The position numbers and the translations under genes are program-made. Shown in pieces: positions 10,531 to 19,732 of a stretch of 64,000 bases of DNA (position 1 is the stretch's first letter; each line of letters opens with the position of its first letter). Source of the DNA: Sedimentisphaerales bacterium (GTDB taxonomy: Bacteria; Planctomycetota; Phycisphaerae; Sedimentisphaerales; SM23-30); the NCBI GenBank assembly GCA_963663805.2, contig CAXXMR010000012.1, forward strand, positions 512,001-576,000, written 5' to 3'. A model generated the notes under the pieces. It saw only the letters and a program-made list of their open reading frames with translations, did no database searches and had not been told where the DNA came from.

Positions 10531-10620
10531 AACAAAATACCTCAAATTCCACCATAAATACCAATTTCACCCATATTCTAACCGCCCAACAACCCGTTGT
10601 CATGCCAATAGTTACCATAT

Positions 10621-10950
10621 CAGAACCGCCTACGCAAGTAGACAGTGCCGTTGCCGGGGTTCCAAAACCATTCATCATTAAACTCCCATCAAATATCCTT
10701 GTCTTTTTTGTCTATCAGAGCCACGCACGTAAGTAAGTGGTGCCGTTAAAATAAAATACTCCGACCGAAGGTCGAACCAAGCCGTTCACTTCTGCCTCAT
10801 GCCTTCACCCAATGTTTATTTAATTGCCAAACCACAATAATTTGGTATGATTAAACCTCAATGGCAATAATTTCCTAAATCCGCACACGTAAGTAAGCGG
10901 TGCCGTTGCCGTTAAAAATCCGTGTAATCCGTGTAATCCGCGGTTAAATA
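10621..10950. repeat. Cluster of modular intergenic repeats (three partial copies)
   Basis: AGAGCCACGCACGTAAGTAAGTGGTGCCGTT at ~10717 and CCGCACACGTAAGTAAGCGGTGCCGTT at 10881; CGACCGAAGGTCG palindrome; nonamer array AATCCGTGT x2 plus AATCCGCGG. Confidence 0.75.
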
Positions 10951-10980
10951 TTGTCGTTGTTTAGGATTTAGACCAAACTT

Positions 10981-13215
10981 ATGACCGAAAAAAACGAAAA
11001 AACAACTCCCCCCCACTCCAACAAACTCGGTACTTTCGGCGGAGTATTCACCCCTTCGATACTGACCATCCTCGGCGTTATCATGTTCATGAGAACCGGA
11101 TTCCTCACCGGACAGGCCGGCGTCTTTCAAATACTCGTTATACTCATCCTCGCCAAAAGCATCACCTCTCTGACCGCGATTTCCATTTCCGCCGTCTCCA
11201 CCAACACCCACGTCGCCGGCGGCGGGGCCTACTTCCTGATTTCCCGGGCGCTCGGCCCGGAGTTCGGAGCAACCATCGGCCTGGCCTTGTTCGTCGCTCA
11301 GGCTATTTCCATTCCGTTCTACATCCTCGGCTTCACCGAAGCCTTCGTACGCACATTCCCCGAAATGGCCGACAACTATCGAAACATCGCCCTGATTGTC
11401 GCTGCCGCCCTTTGCGTCATCGCGTTTATCGGTGCCAAATGGGCCGTCAAAACCCAATACCTTATTATGACCATACTCGCCCTGGCCGTAATTGCCCTGC
11501 TCGGTGGCGCCGCCGTAAATTTCACCACCGAAAATTTCAGCAAAAATTTCACTGCTATGCACGACCAGAGAACACTGACATTTTGGCGAGTCTTTGCCGT
11601 CTTCTTCCCCGCCGTAACCGGTATCATGGCCGGCGTGAACATGTCCGGCGACCTCAAAGACCCCAGCCGCTCAATACCGCGCGGAACACTCGCCGCCGTT
11701 GCCGTTGGTTTCATTATCTACCTCACCCAGATAATCCTTTCCGCCGGTGCCCAAAACAGAGAGTCATTAATCAATTCCTCCTTTGAAACCTATTGCCAAC
11801 AGGCACTGGCAGGAGCTGGCTTCCTCATCGTCGCCGGAGTCTTCGCCGCCACCATCTCCAGCGCCCTGGGCTCCTTCCTCGGTGCCCCGAGAGTCCTCCA
11901 GGCCATCGCCCGAGACAAAATCCTGCGACCCCTTAATTTCTTCGCCAAAGGTTCACCACGCGGCGACGAACCCCACCGAGCCTTGATTATCACCCTGGCA
12001 CTTACAGTCGCGATTATTCTCTGGGCCGGACAGGGAACCGGCGGGACAGCCTTCGACATCCTCGCTTCGGTTGTCACTATGTTCTTCCTCTATACCTATG
12101 GCATGATTAACCTCGCCGCCTTTATCGAACTATTTGCCGAAAACCCCTCGTTTCGCCCCAGATTCAAACACTGCCACTGGATATCCGCCCTGCTCGGTGC
12201 CGCCGGCTGTGCCGCAACCGCCTTCCTCATAAACTACCTCGCCGCCCTGGTCGCCGCCGCCGTTCTGGTTATTCTATATATAATGTTAAGAAGAAAAGTT
12301 CTCCGCGTCCGATTCGGCGATGCCCGCTGGGGATTTTTCTATTCCCGACTACGCGATAACGTCCTCCGCATGGCCCGCATGACCAGCTGTGCCAAAAACT
12401 GGAGACCCTCAATCTTGGTCCTGCTTGGCAGCCCCGAAACCCGCCGAAATATGGCCATGTACGCCCTCTGGATTGGAGCCGAAAGAGGACTGGTTATACT
12501 CTCCCGTATCATCGTCGGAGAACTTGGCGAAAGAGCCAAACTCCGAAAAGCCGCACTCGACCAGCTCAACACTTTTCTCGACGAAAATGACTTCGAGGCC
12601 CTTTCCACCGTGGTCGTCGGCGAAACCCTGGAAGATGGTATGGCCGTACTGCTTCAGGGACACCCTATCGCCCCGCTCAGACCTAATATAATTATGATGG
12701 GCTGGCCTGCCGACAACCAAAGAGCCGAGTTCCTGACCCGGCAGTTAAATGCCATCACAATTCTTGGACTCAGCGCCGTAATCTTCAATGACCGGGGCCT
12801 ACCCCCCAAAAACGCGCCGAAAAATATCGACATCTGGTGGCGCGGCTCCGAAAACGGATTCCTAATGGTACTCATCGCACATCTAATGACCCTGAACTGG
12901 CAATGGGAAAATACCCCTATCAGACTGCTCCGGCTCATCCAGAACGAGGAAGGACGCCAACCCGCCAACCAGGCACTCGAAAAACTCGTCAACTCTGCCA
13001 GGGTGGACGTGGAAGTACAAATTATCGTCTCTGAAGACCAGTTCATAGAAGTCGTCCAGAGACACTCCAAAAAAGCCGCTGCCGTAATTTTAGGGTTCAC
13101 CCCGCCCCAGCCCGAAGAGGCCCAAAAATTCTACGATAAATTCAACAATATAATAACCAACCTCCCCACAACCCTCCTGGTTTCATCAACCGGCCAAGCC
13201 GACCTCATGGCCTGA
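10981..13215 (+). CDS. SLC12-like cation-chloride cotransporter / amino acid permease
   Basis: LGTFGGVF...ILGVIMFMR, GGGAYFLISRALGPEFG, FFPAVTGIMAG, SGDLKDP, KNWRP and IDIWW motifs. Confidence 0.9.
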   Translation: MTEKNEKTTPPHSNKLGTFGGVFTPSILTILGVIMFMRTGFLTGQAGVFQILVILILAKSITSLTAISISAVSTNTHVAGGGAYFLISRALGPEFGATIGLALFVAQAISIPFYILGFTEAFVRTFPEMADNYRNIALIVAAALCVIAFIGAKWAVKTQYLIMTILALAVIALLGGAAVNFTTENFSKNFTAMHDQRTLTFWRVFAVFFPAVTGIMAGVNMSGDLKDPSRSIPRGTLAAVAVGFIIYLTQIILSAGAQNRESLINSSFETYCQQALAGAGFLIVAGVFAATISSALGSFLGAPRVLQAIARDKILRPLNFFAKGSPRGDEPHRALIITLALTVAIILWAGQGTGGTAFDILASVVTMFFLYTYGMINLAAFIELFAENPSFRPRFKHCHWISALLGAAGCAATAFLINYLAALVAAAVLVILYIMLRRKVLRVRFGDARWGFFYSRLRDNVLRMARMTSCAKNWRPSILVLLGSPETRRNMAMYALWIGAERGLVILSRIIVGELGERAKLRKAALDQLNTFLDENDFEALSTVVVGETLEDGMAVLLQGHPIAPLRPNIIMMGWPADNQRAEFLTRQLNAITILGLSAVIFNDRGLPPKNAPKNIDIWWRGSENGFLMVLIAHLMTLNWQWENTPIRLLRLIQNEEGRQPANQALEKLVNSARVDVEVQIIVSEDQFIEVVQRHSKKAAAVILGFTPPQPEEAQKFYDKFNNIITNLPTTLLVSSTGQADLMA

Positions 13216-13348
13216 TTACACTGCACCACTAAAAATAAAATTCTGCCAAAACCATATTTCGATTAGCGATGATACGAACACCAACTCGAAACCGCAAAAC
13301 AGCTTCGTCCAACACGCCAACTGAAACAGTTTGGGTTATCCTAAATTT

Positions 13349-13996
13349 TTAGGTCAACTCCATAAGCTTATTCCTAAAATAACAAAAACTTGGGGACTTA
13401 TTGTTATTTATATCAATATGAGGCGAGATATTTCTAGCCCATTCGGATTTCATTTCACCTATTTTTTGATAACCCTGCAAGCATAATACCAATGACCCTT
13501 TAGGATAAACAGCATCCGCAAGCCTCTCCCAGGTTCCACATATAGAATCATTTTTGTATTCATTTAATACGCGGTTAACAGCCTTGGGGTAGGCTTCAAT
13601 AATTGCAGATATATCTCCCAACAACCATGCTTCTCCCTCTTCAACTGCTATACAAAATCGAGTTTCTGGTTTTGGACAGCACGAATTAAAAACCGCCAAT
13701 AATTCTAATTTGAATTCTTTCAAACATTTGTCGTCCAAATCACAAACAACTATCAACGCACAAGAAAATTTATTTACCGCCTCATAAGTTTTTCCGTATC
13801 CACGTAAAATACCTGGCAGTCTATCAAGAAGAATGCGCTTATTAGGATCTGTTTTGGCTTGTAGATTTTTGGGTATTTTACCAATACCTCGATAAGAAAT
13901 AACTCTAAAAGTGTGCTGTTCCCCAATAATTTTAGGTACTATGATATCCAACAATTCTTTACCGGAACGGTCTTCAATAAGTATCTCAAAATGCAT
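13349..13996 (-). CDS. DUF4276-like (TOPRIM-like) protein, partner of the adjacent ATPase
   Basis: ILIED..., VCDLD, EEGEAWLLGD and NKSPSF motifs; AT-rich; 5 bp from the ATPase gene. Confidence 0.7.
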   Translation of the reverse strand: MHFEILIEDRSGKELLDIIVPKIIGEQHTFRVISYRGIGKIPKNLQAKTDPNKRILLDRLPGILRGYGKTYEAVNKFSCALIVVCDLDDKCLKEFKLELLAVFNSCCPKPETRFCIAVEEGEAWLLGDISAIIEAYPKAVNRVLNEYKNDSICGTWERLADAVYPKGSLVLCLQGYQKIGEMKSEWARNISPHIDINNNKSPSFCYFRNKLMELT

Positions 13997-14001
13997 TCAG
14001 C

Positions 14002-15294
14002 TTACCTCGCATCCAGATAATCACTATACCACAACCCCCCCAGAGGCAACCCTTCATCCACAAGATTAACTATTAAAGGATCCTCACTGGCCCGCCGAAT
14101 CGAGGTAGCGCCATCAGCAACTTTTTCCATAACCCATACTTCTTCCGGAGCCAAAGCATCAACAAAATAAGGTTGATGGGTGGTAACAAAAATTTGCGAT
14201 CCTCCTTTTCGCCCTGTGGCATGCTGACGAAACTCCCGAGCCAAGGTCTCTAACAATTTATGATATAAACCGTTTTCCGGCTCTTCTATACAAAAGAAAG
14301 GGGGCGGGGTCGGATCTTCTAGCATCAATAGATACGCAAACACTTTTAAGGTACCATCGGACATTTGATGAGCATAAAAAGGCTCATTAAAACCTCTGTC
14401 ATCAAACCGGAGTAAAAGTCTGTCATCATCAGTTTTTTTGGTATCTATGTGCTCAATGCCCGGAATTTTGGCCGCTATGCCTTCCAAAATCTTCTTGAAT
14501 TTTTTGGGATGCTCCCGCTCCATAAACTGTACCACATTTGCAATATTATCACCGTGTACATTCAGATGCTTTTGCGGACCCGCCATTGGAAGGCTGCGAG
14601 CCGCATCAGGGGTAAAGTAACTTAAATACCACCCTTCAATAAAACGACGAAAAGCTGATATCCTGGGATGTTGTTTCAGAGAACCCAAAGTGGCAATACC
14701 TAGTTTCCTGTTATCTTCCAGTTCGACTAATTCAGTCTCTTTGCTTTCCAGGTTTTTATTAGAGGAACCCTCTATCCCCTCAATCAACTTGAAAAGCATG
14801 TCATCATTTTCTTCGCTTATCTGTTGCCCCTCAGATTCATTTTTCCAGGCAATCCCCCGGCCTTTGTTTATATGCAAAAAAGAAAAAGGCCAACCTCTAT
14901 CCTGCCCTTTACGTCGTTGGCGCAAACGCTCCTTTGTGACATAAGGACGTTTACTGGAATCCAAATCTATTGATAACTCATAAGTAATGGGCCGAGAATT
15001 ACCGTCTTCACGATAATATATTTGAAATTCTATTGGCCCGTCCTGTCCCAAAGACCTGATTTTCTGAAACCCACCTCTACCGTGTGCATCACAGGCATCC
15101 TCTACACCATTTTTCAGACAATCAGAAAGAAAACCAAATGCGTCAAATAAAGTGCTTTTTCCAACACCGTTTTTCCCAATAACAGCAGTCATTGCACTCA
15201 GGGGGGCATTATCCTGAGTATCCCAGAGCTTACCCAAAGTAACAGCTCTCAACGTCCGAAAATTTCTTATCTGCAACCCTTCGATCTTGGCCAT
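14002..15294 (-). CDS. AAA_21-type ABC ATPase (no transporter partner)
   Basis: Walker A GKNGVGKS, signature MSDGT, Walker B IEEPENGL, H-loop TTHQP. Confidence 0.9.
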   Translation of the reverse strand: MAKIEGLQIRNFRTLRAVTLGKLWDTQDNAPLSAMTAVIGKNGVGKSTLFDAFGFLSDCLKNGVEDACDAHGRGGFQKIRSLGQDGPIEFQIYYREDGNSRPITYELSIDLDSSKRPYVTKERLRQRRKGQDRGWPFSFLHINKGRGIAWKNESEGQQISEENDDMLFKLIEGIEGSSNKNLESKETELVELEDNRKLGIATLGSLKQHPRISAFRRFIEGWYLSYFTPDAARSLPMAGPQKHLNVHGDNIANVVQFMEREHPKKFKKILEGIAAKIPGIEHIDTKKTDDDRLLLRFDDRGFNEPFYAHQMSDGTLKVFAYLLMLEDPTPPPFFCIEEPENGLYHKLLETLAREFRQHATGRKGGSQIFVTTHQPYFVDALAPEEVWVMEKVADGATSIRRASEDPLIVNLVDEGLPLGGLWYSDYLDAR

Positions 15295-15717
15295 AATGAC
15301 CTCCAGACATCATCAAACACTGAAATTATTTCCTATACAAAAAAATAAAGCTGTTTGGTCTTGCCCTCCATAATCTCACGAAAAACTACATTTATCCATT
15401 AAAAAAAAATGGGAAAATTCCACTTACCAACTACCCTATCCACCAGCCTGTCCGCTCATTGATATAGTCCGTAAAATTCTCCTTAAAATCTATTTTCCCG
15501 CTTAAAAACCATCCAAAATTAAAAAAAATACGAAAAAATCGTCAAAAATCGACCGTCTCAGGCAAAACCGCGCGGAAAAATCAAACCGTTTCGCGACGAT
15601 TTCGAACAAAAAAACAAAGACTTACAGCCATTCCCCCCACGTAAAACAAGTACTTACACCCCAAATCACCGCAATATCGCCACAGCGGGAACAACAATCT
15701 ATCAGTGCGATACGCAC

Positions 15718-15748
15718 AAAAAAAGCGAACCCTGATGGACTCGCTTTA
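15718..15748 (-). terminator. Intrinsic terminator of rpmB
   Basis: Minus strand AAAGCGAGTCC-atca-GGGTTCGCTTT followed by a T run. Confidence 0.65.
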
Positions 15749-15776
15749 TCTAAATCTATTCTGTATAAAGACTTGC

Positions 15777-16043
15777 TTACGCCGAAGCTGCCTCTTCAGG
15801 ATTCCAGTTACGCTTCGGCGGCTTAGTAACCAGACCGTTACGAATAGCCTTGGCAGAAACCTTGATACGTACCACCTTACCATCCACTAAAGCCTTTACC
15901 TTCTGGATGTTAGGTTTGAATTTACGTTTGGAAATCCCGGTCGTCTTCCGACCGACACCACCCAGGTACTTGGCTTTACCACGACGGGCAATACTGCGAC
16001 CTGCACGGGTACGCTTTCCGGTATAATAACATACACGCGACAT
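15777..16043 (-). CDS. rpmB: 50S ribosomal protein L28
   Basis: MSRVCYYTGK...RKFKPNIQ...RIKVSAKAIR, with the long RRGKAKYLGGVG loop seen in PVC-type L28. Confidence 0.95.
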   Translation of the reverse strand: MSRVCYYTGKRTRAGRSIARRGKAKYLGGVGRKTTGISKRKFKPNIQKVKALVDGKVVRIKVSAKAIRNGLVTKPPKRNWNPEEAASA

Positions 16044-16300
16044 ATCTAACTCCTGCTAAGCTCTTACTTAGTAAATACTTATCTCTATCTATCGCAACGA
16101 GTGCCCAGCACCCGCTCTTTCGCTCACTTACAAAGATTAGCCAGTATAACCATCTCAACCGGCTTTGCAAGCGATTTTTCCAAAAAAACTCACAGTTTCT
16201 TACTTGCCCTAAACCCCTAAATACAAATATCTTAAACATCGACCCGCAAATTAATTGACCCGCCAACCACCAACGGCTAAAAACAAAATTAAGGTAATTC

Positions 16301-16328
16301 TGCAATATCCGTAAACACAGAGCGTTTA
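16301..16328 (+). promoter_or_regulatory. Candidate autoregulatory ECF sigma promoter
   Basis: TGCAAT-N16-CGTTTA, 17 nt before the ECF start codon; resembles ECF -35/-10 (CGT) elements. Confidence 0.45.
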
Positions 16329-16345
16329 TTAACTGGAAACAACAC

Positions 16346-16918
16346 ATGGAAGACCAGCAAGCTCTCACACAAGTTATAAAAGATTGCCAGAAAGGCAGTT
16401 CACAGGCGTATTCAGTCCTTATAAAGGAATATAGCTCAAGACTTTACGGATACTTCCTGCGAACCACCGGCTCCACCTCCGACGCCGAAGATTTGCTTCA
16501 GGAGGTTTTCCTGAAGCTGCTCGAACATCTTCCAACCTACACCCACGAGAATAAATTCGAGCATTGGCTCTTCCGCATAGCAGCCAACCTCGCCCGCGAC
16601 CGGGGCCGTAAACAAACCCGCCGCGGACAGATTATCTCGCTTACCGGCAAGGATTTACAAGAATCGGGCATGGCGGAAACCCTGCCCGCCCCCGACCAGC
16701 CGCCCGACGCCGCCCTGCAACAAAGCGAACAGAACGACCGGTTGCAACAGGCCTTGGAACAACTGACCGAAGCCGACCGGGAAATAATAATGTTAAGACA
16801 TTTCAGCGAAATGAGTTTTAAGGAGATCGCCCAACAGTTTGATATACCAATAGGCACAGCCCTGGCCCGCGTCCATCGCGGACTAAAAAAACTGAAAGCG
16901 ATAATGAACGATGAATAA
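16346..16918 (+). CDS. ECF RNA polymerase sigma factor
   Basis: DAEDLLQEVFLK, FEHWLFRIAANLARD; region 4 EIAQQFDIPIGTALARVHRG. Confidence 0.95.
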   Translation: MEDQQALTQVIKDCQKGSSQAYSVLIKEYSSRLYGYFLRTTGSTSDAEDLLQEVFLKLLEHLPTYTHENKFEHWLFRIAANLARDRGRKQTRRGQIISLTGKDLQESGMAETLPAPDQPPDAALQQSEQNDRLQQALEQLTEADREIIMLRHFSEMSFKEIAQQFDIPIGTALARVHRGLKKLKAIMNDE

Positions 16919-17408
16919 ACATAGAAATTACAAAGAGTTAAACGAAATCCTGGCCCGGGAAAATACCCCGGAAACCCAGCTTTCCCAGATAGCCGAAGAC
17001 ATTATCAACGGCGATAAGCTGCTCGATGAGTTTGCCGCTGTCAAAGTTCCAGACGATGTCATAAACCGTCTGGAAAAAACCTTTCACGATAACCTTAATA
17101 ATAGAAATACGTTACGCTTCCCCTGGGGAAAACTGACCCGAATCGCAGCCCTGCTGACAATTTTACTGGCGGGCACCTGGGCGATTCTTCGCAATGAATC
17201 CAGCCCCGAACCCGTTGACACCCAAACCGTAAGCGTCGCACCGGTAATAAATAATGAAAATATTGAAAACAACGATATGAATATCTGGGAACTGGCCCTC
17301 CTGGATGTCGATGAAACCGAAACCGCGGTTGATGACTACGCTCTCGAAGAATTATTAATCTTAATGGGAGATGACTTCGAGCAGCCAATTGAAACTATTT
17401 TTGGATAA
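16911..17408 (+). CDS. Putative single-TM anti-sigma factor
   Basis: Overlaps the end of the ECF gene by 8 bp; central TM helix; acidic C-terminal part. Confidence 0.6.
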   Translation: MNKHRNYKELNEILARENTPETQLSQIAEDIINGDKLLDEFAAVKVPDDVINRLEKTFHDNLNNRNTLRFPWGKLTRIAALLTILLAGTWAILRNESSPEPVDTQTVSVAPVINNENIENNDMNIWELALLDVDETETAVDDYALEELLILMGDDFEQPIETIFG

Positions 17409-17419
17409 AGGAATACCAT

Positions 17420-18437
17420 ATGAAAACTTATGTACTATTAACAGCACTGATAATCGCTTTGTTGAATGTAGATACCTGGGCGCAAGGTCGGGGAGGCCCA
17501 CGCCATCAGGACAGGGACAATGAATGGAATCTTCTCCTTCAGGAAGGACCAGACACTGACTCTCAGGCGGAACAACCTCGCCAAATGCGGCGGGAGCGGA
17601 ACCGTATGCAGGACCAGGAACAATGCCCCATGAACAATCAGGAACCCTGTCCGCAACCGCAGGTCGGTCGGAATGAAGGACAAGGGAAAATGGCTAAATT
17701 CCGCCAGAAATGGCAGGATGCTGTGGCTTCTGGCGATCAGGAACAAATCGAAAAGCTCCGTGAAAAAGCTGCTCGCAGAATGCAGAAATTTGCCCAGCAG
17801 GCCCCCCAGGCTGGCCCGGGATTCAGACAGGAAATGCGTAACCAGGAAGGTAACTTCGGTCCCCAACGTGGGTTAGGTCGCCAAAGCCGCTGGGCGGATG
17901 CCGGACCGGAACAGTTTGGACCGGCCCGGATGCAACGTGGGTCAAGGCCGTTTCGACCGGGAACCGCAACAGCAGGGACGGGGCTGGTTTGGCCAAGGAC
18001 AACAGCGGGGCGGGATGAGACAGTTCGCTCGTGGTCCGCAGAGCGAATATGGATACCAGAATGAATTCGCACCCCAATTCCGTCAGGGTAACTACCAACG
18101 CACCGGCCGTCATCAAGGCTGGGCTGGTCAGGACCGCCAGGGTTACCGGCATCAAGCTGAATTCGCACCCGGACCGAAACGCGGCATGGGTCGGATGATG
18201 CAGCAGGGCAATTGTGATGGCCCGCGTGGAAATTGTGACAGACAAAGCAATTACGGTCCGTGGTCGGGCAGAGCGGCCCGGTTTGACCGACAGGGTAGAG
18301 GCCGAGGCTATAACAGCCCTCAAGCAAACTTTGCCGGTGAATTCGATGGCCCTGACGGTTTCCGTTCCGGTCGTCGGGGTTACCGCGGTGAACAGTGCCC
18401 TTTCCCCTGGCAGGGGAAGATAATAACTGTAACTTGA
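17420..18437 (+). pseudogene. Exported Gly/Gln/Arg-rich protein split by a frameshift (real, or a sequencing error)
   Basis: Signal peptide in ORF 17420-18064. The same low-complexity composition continues in ORF 17898-18437. Removing one G from GGG at 17939-17941 gives MQRGQGRFDREP. Confidence 0.6.
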
Positions 18438-18465
18438 GTTTAGCAAAGTAAATAAGGATTTCACT

Positions 18466-19464
18466 ATGAAAACCATCATTAACATAATCATGCTGACAGT
18501 ACTGATATGTATGATTAATCTAGCCGTTGCCGCTGAGACAGGTGCCAACCAGACAGAACCGCCGGAAATAAATCTAGGTGGGCCAACCAACGATAACACT
18601 TCACCTCCGCCCGCACTGGATGACAACCGAAAAGGCTGGGTGGGGCGGGAAGGTAAAAATCGGATGCGGAACATGGCAGGTGAAGAAAGAGGTAATCGTC
18701 GGGGCGTGATGGGCAAGGGGCAATTTGCCCAGGTTTACGGTGAAAAGCTGATGGCGTTCCTCGGTGAACATGCCCCGCCTCTGGCAGAGCGGCTGGAAGG
18801 AATCCGCGAGAAAAACGCTGACGAGTTCAATGTTCAGCTTAATTATCTGGGCCGAATTTTTGGGCCGGTCATGATACAGATGCAGCGGAACCCGGAAATA
18901 GGTCAACTGAGTCTGGATAAAATCCAGATGCGATTGAAAACCGAACAGGCCAAAAGGAATGTAAACTCTGCCGCCCCAGATAATAAAGCCCCGGCAATTG
19001 AAACGCTCAGGGTTAATCTCAATGAGCTGTTCGACCTGATTATCAAGTATGAAGAAACTCAGCTGGTCGAAGGTCAGGAAAATCTCAAACGCTGGGAGAC
19101 CTTTGGTATGCCAGACGGCCTGCCGGATGAGCCAATGCATGAAATGGCAATGGATGGCCCGCCCCCTGTATATCCCGAAGGTGAAGGCCCAGAAGAGTTC
19201 GGGCCGCCCATGCCGCCGATGGGCCAAGATATGCCGGAAATGGGACGCAGAGGCATGGGAGTGGGCCGGCAGATGAGGGGCCGAGCCGAAGACAGAAACC
19301 AGTCGCCGGAAGAAATCGAAAAACGCCTGGCACATATTAATAAAAAAATGGAAGAAAGCCGGGAGCGACTTACGTACTGGAAGAACCACAAGGAAGAAAT
19401 TGTTGGGCAGAGGCTTGACCAGTTACTTAAAGACGAAGAACACCCCTTCCCCTGGGGCAGATGA
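18466..19464 (+). CDS. Exported helical Met/Gly/Pro-rich protein (Spy/CpxP-like composition)
   Basis: Signal peptide ending AVA-AE; helical or coiled-coil segments and an M/P/G-rich linker. Confidence 0.65.
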   Translation: MKTIINIIMLTVLICMINLAVAAETGANQTEPPEINLGGPTNDNTSPPPALDDNRKGWVGREGKNRMRNMAGEERGNRRGVMGKGQFAQVYGEKLMAFLGEHAPPLAERLEGIREKNADEFNVQLNYLGRIFGPVMIQMQRNPEIGQLSLDKIQMRLKTEQAKRNVNSAAPDNKAPAIETLRVNLNELFDLIIKYEETQLVEGQENLKRWETFGMPDGLPDEPMHEMAMDGPPPVYPEGEGPEEFGPPMPPMGQDMPEMGRRGMGVGRQMRGRAEDRNQSPEEIEKRLAHINKKMEESRERLTYWKNHKEEIVGQRLDQLLKDEEHPFPWGR

Positions 19465-19505
19465 TAGAACTACAATTCCCAAACTTCCTCTTGATAATAA
19501 AGTAT

Positions 19506-19540
19506 GGCCCGACCAAAATCAATTGGTCGGGCCATTTCTC
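19506..19540 (+). terminator. Hairpin terminator after the ECF operon (convergent with nadB)
   Basis: GGCCCGACCAA-aatcaa-TTGGTCGGGCC followed by atttct. Confidence 0.65.
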
Positions 19541-19732
19541 TGCCGAAAAATAGCGTCCCGGCACGAGTATTGTCAATCCAGGATCCTCCCGGACCGATTA
19601 TCACATTTTCTGCCTATAAACCGGCACTCACCGCGCAGGCGCGGCATACAAAGCCAATTAAGTTATCGGTCATATTAACTTAAAAAGTTTGAAAAATTGT
19701 GCTTAGATTAAAATTTCGGACTGCCCACAATC

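Noticed and set aside
9268..10557. Long antisense or alternate-frame ORFs (also 2024-2950, 10912-11562, 57564-58178, 58852-59517, 62362-63012)
   Set aside because: They shadow well-supported genes and are explained by codon bias.
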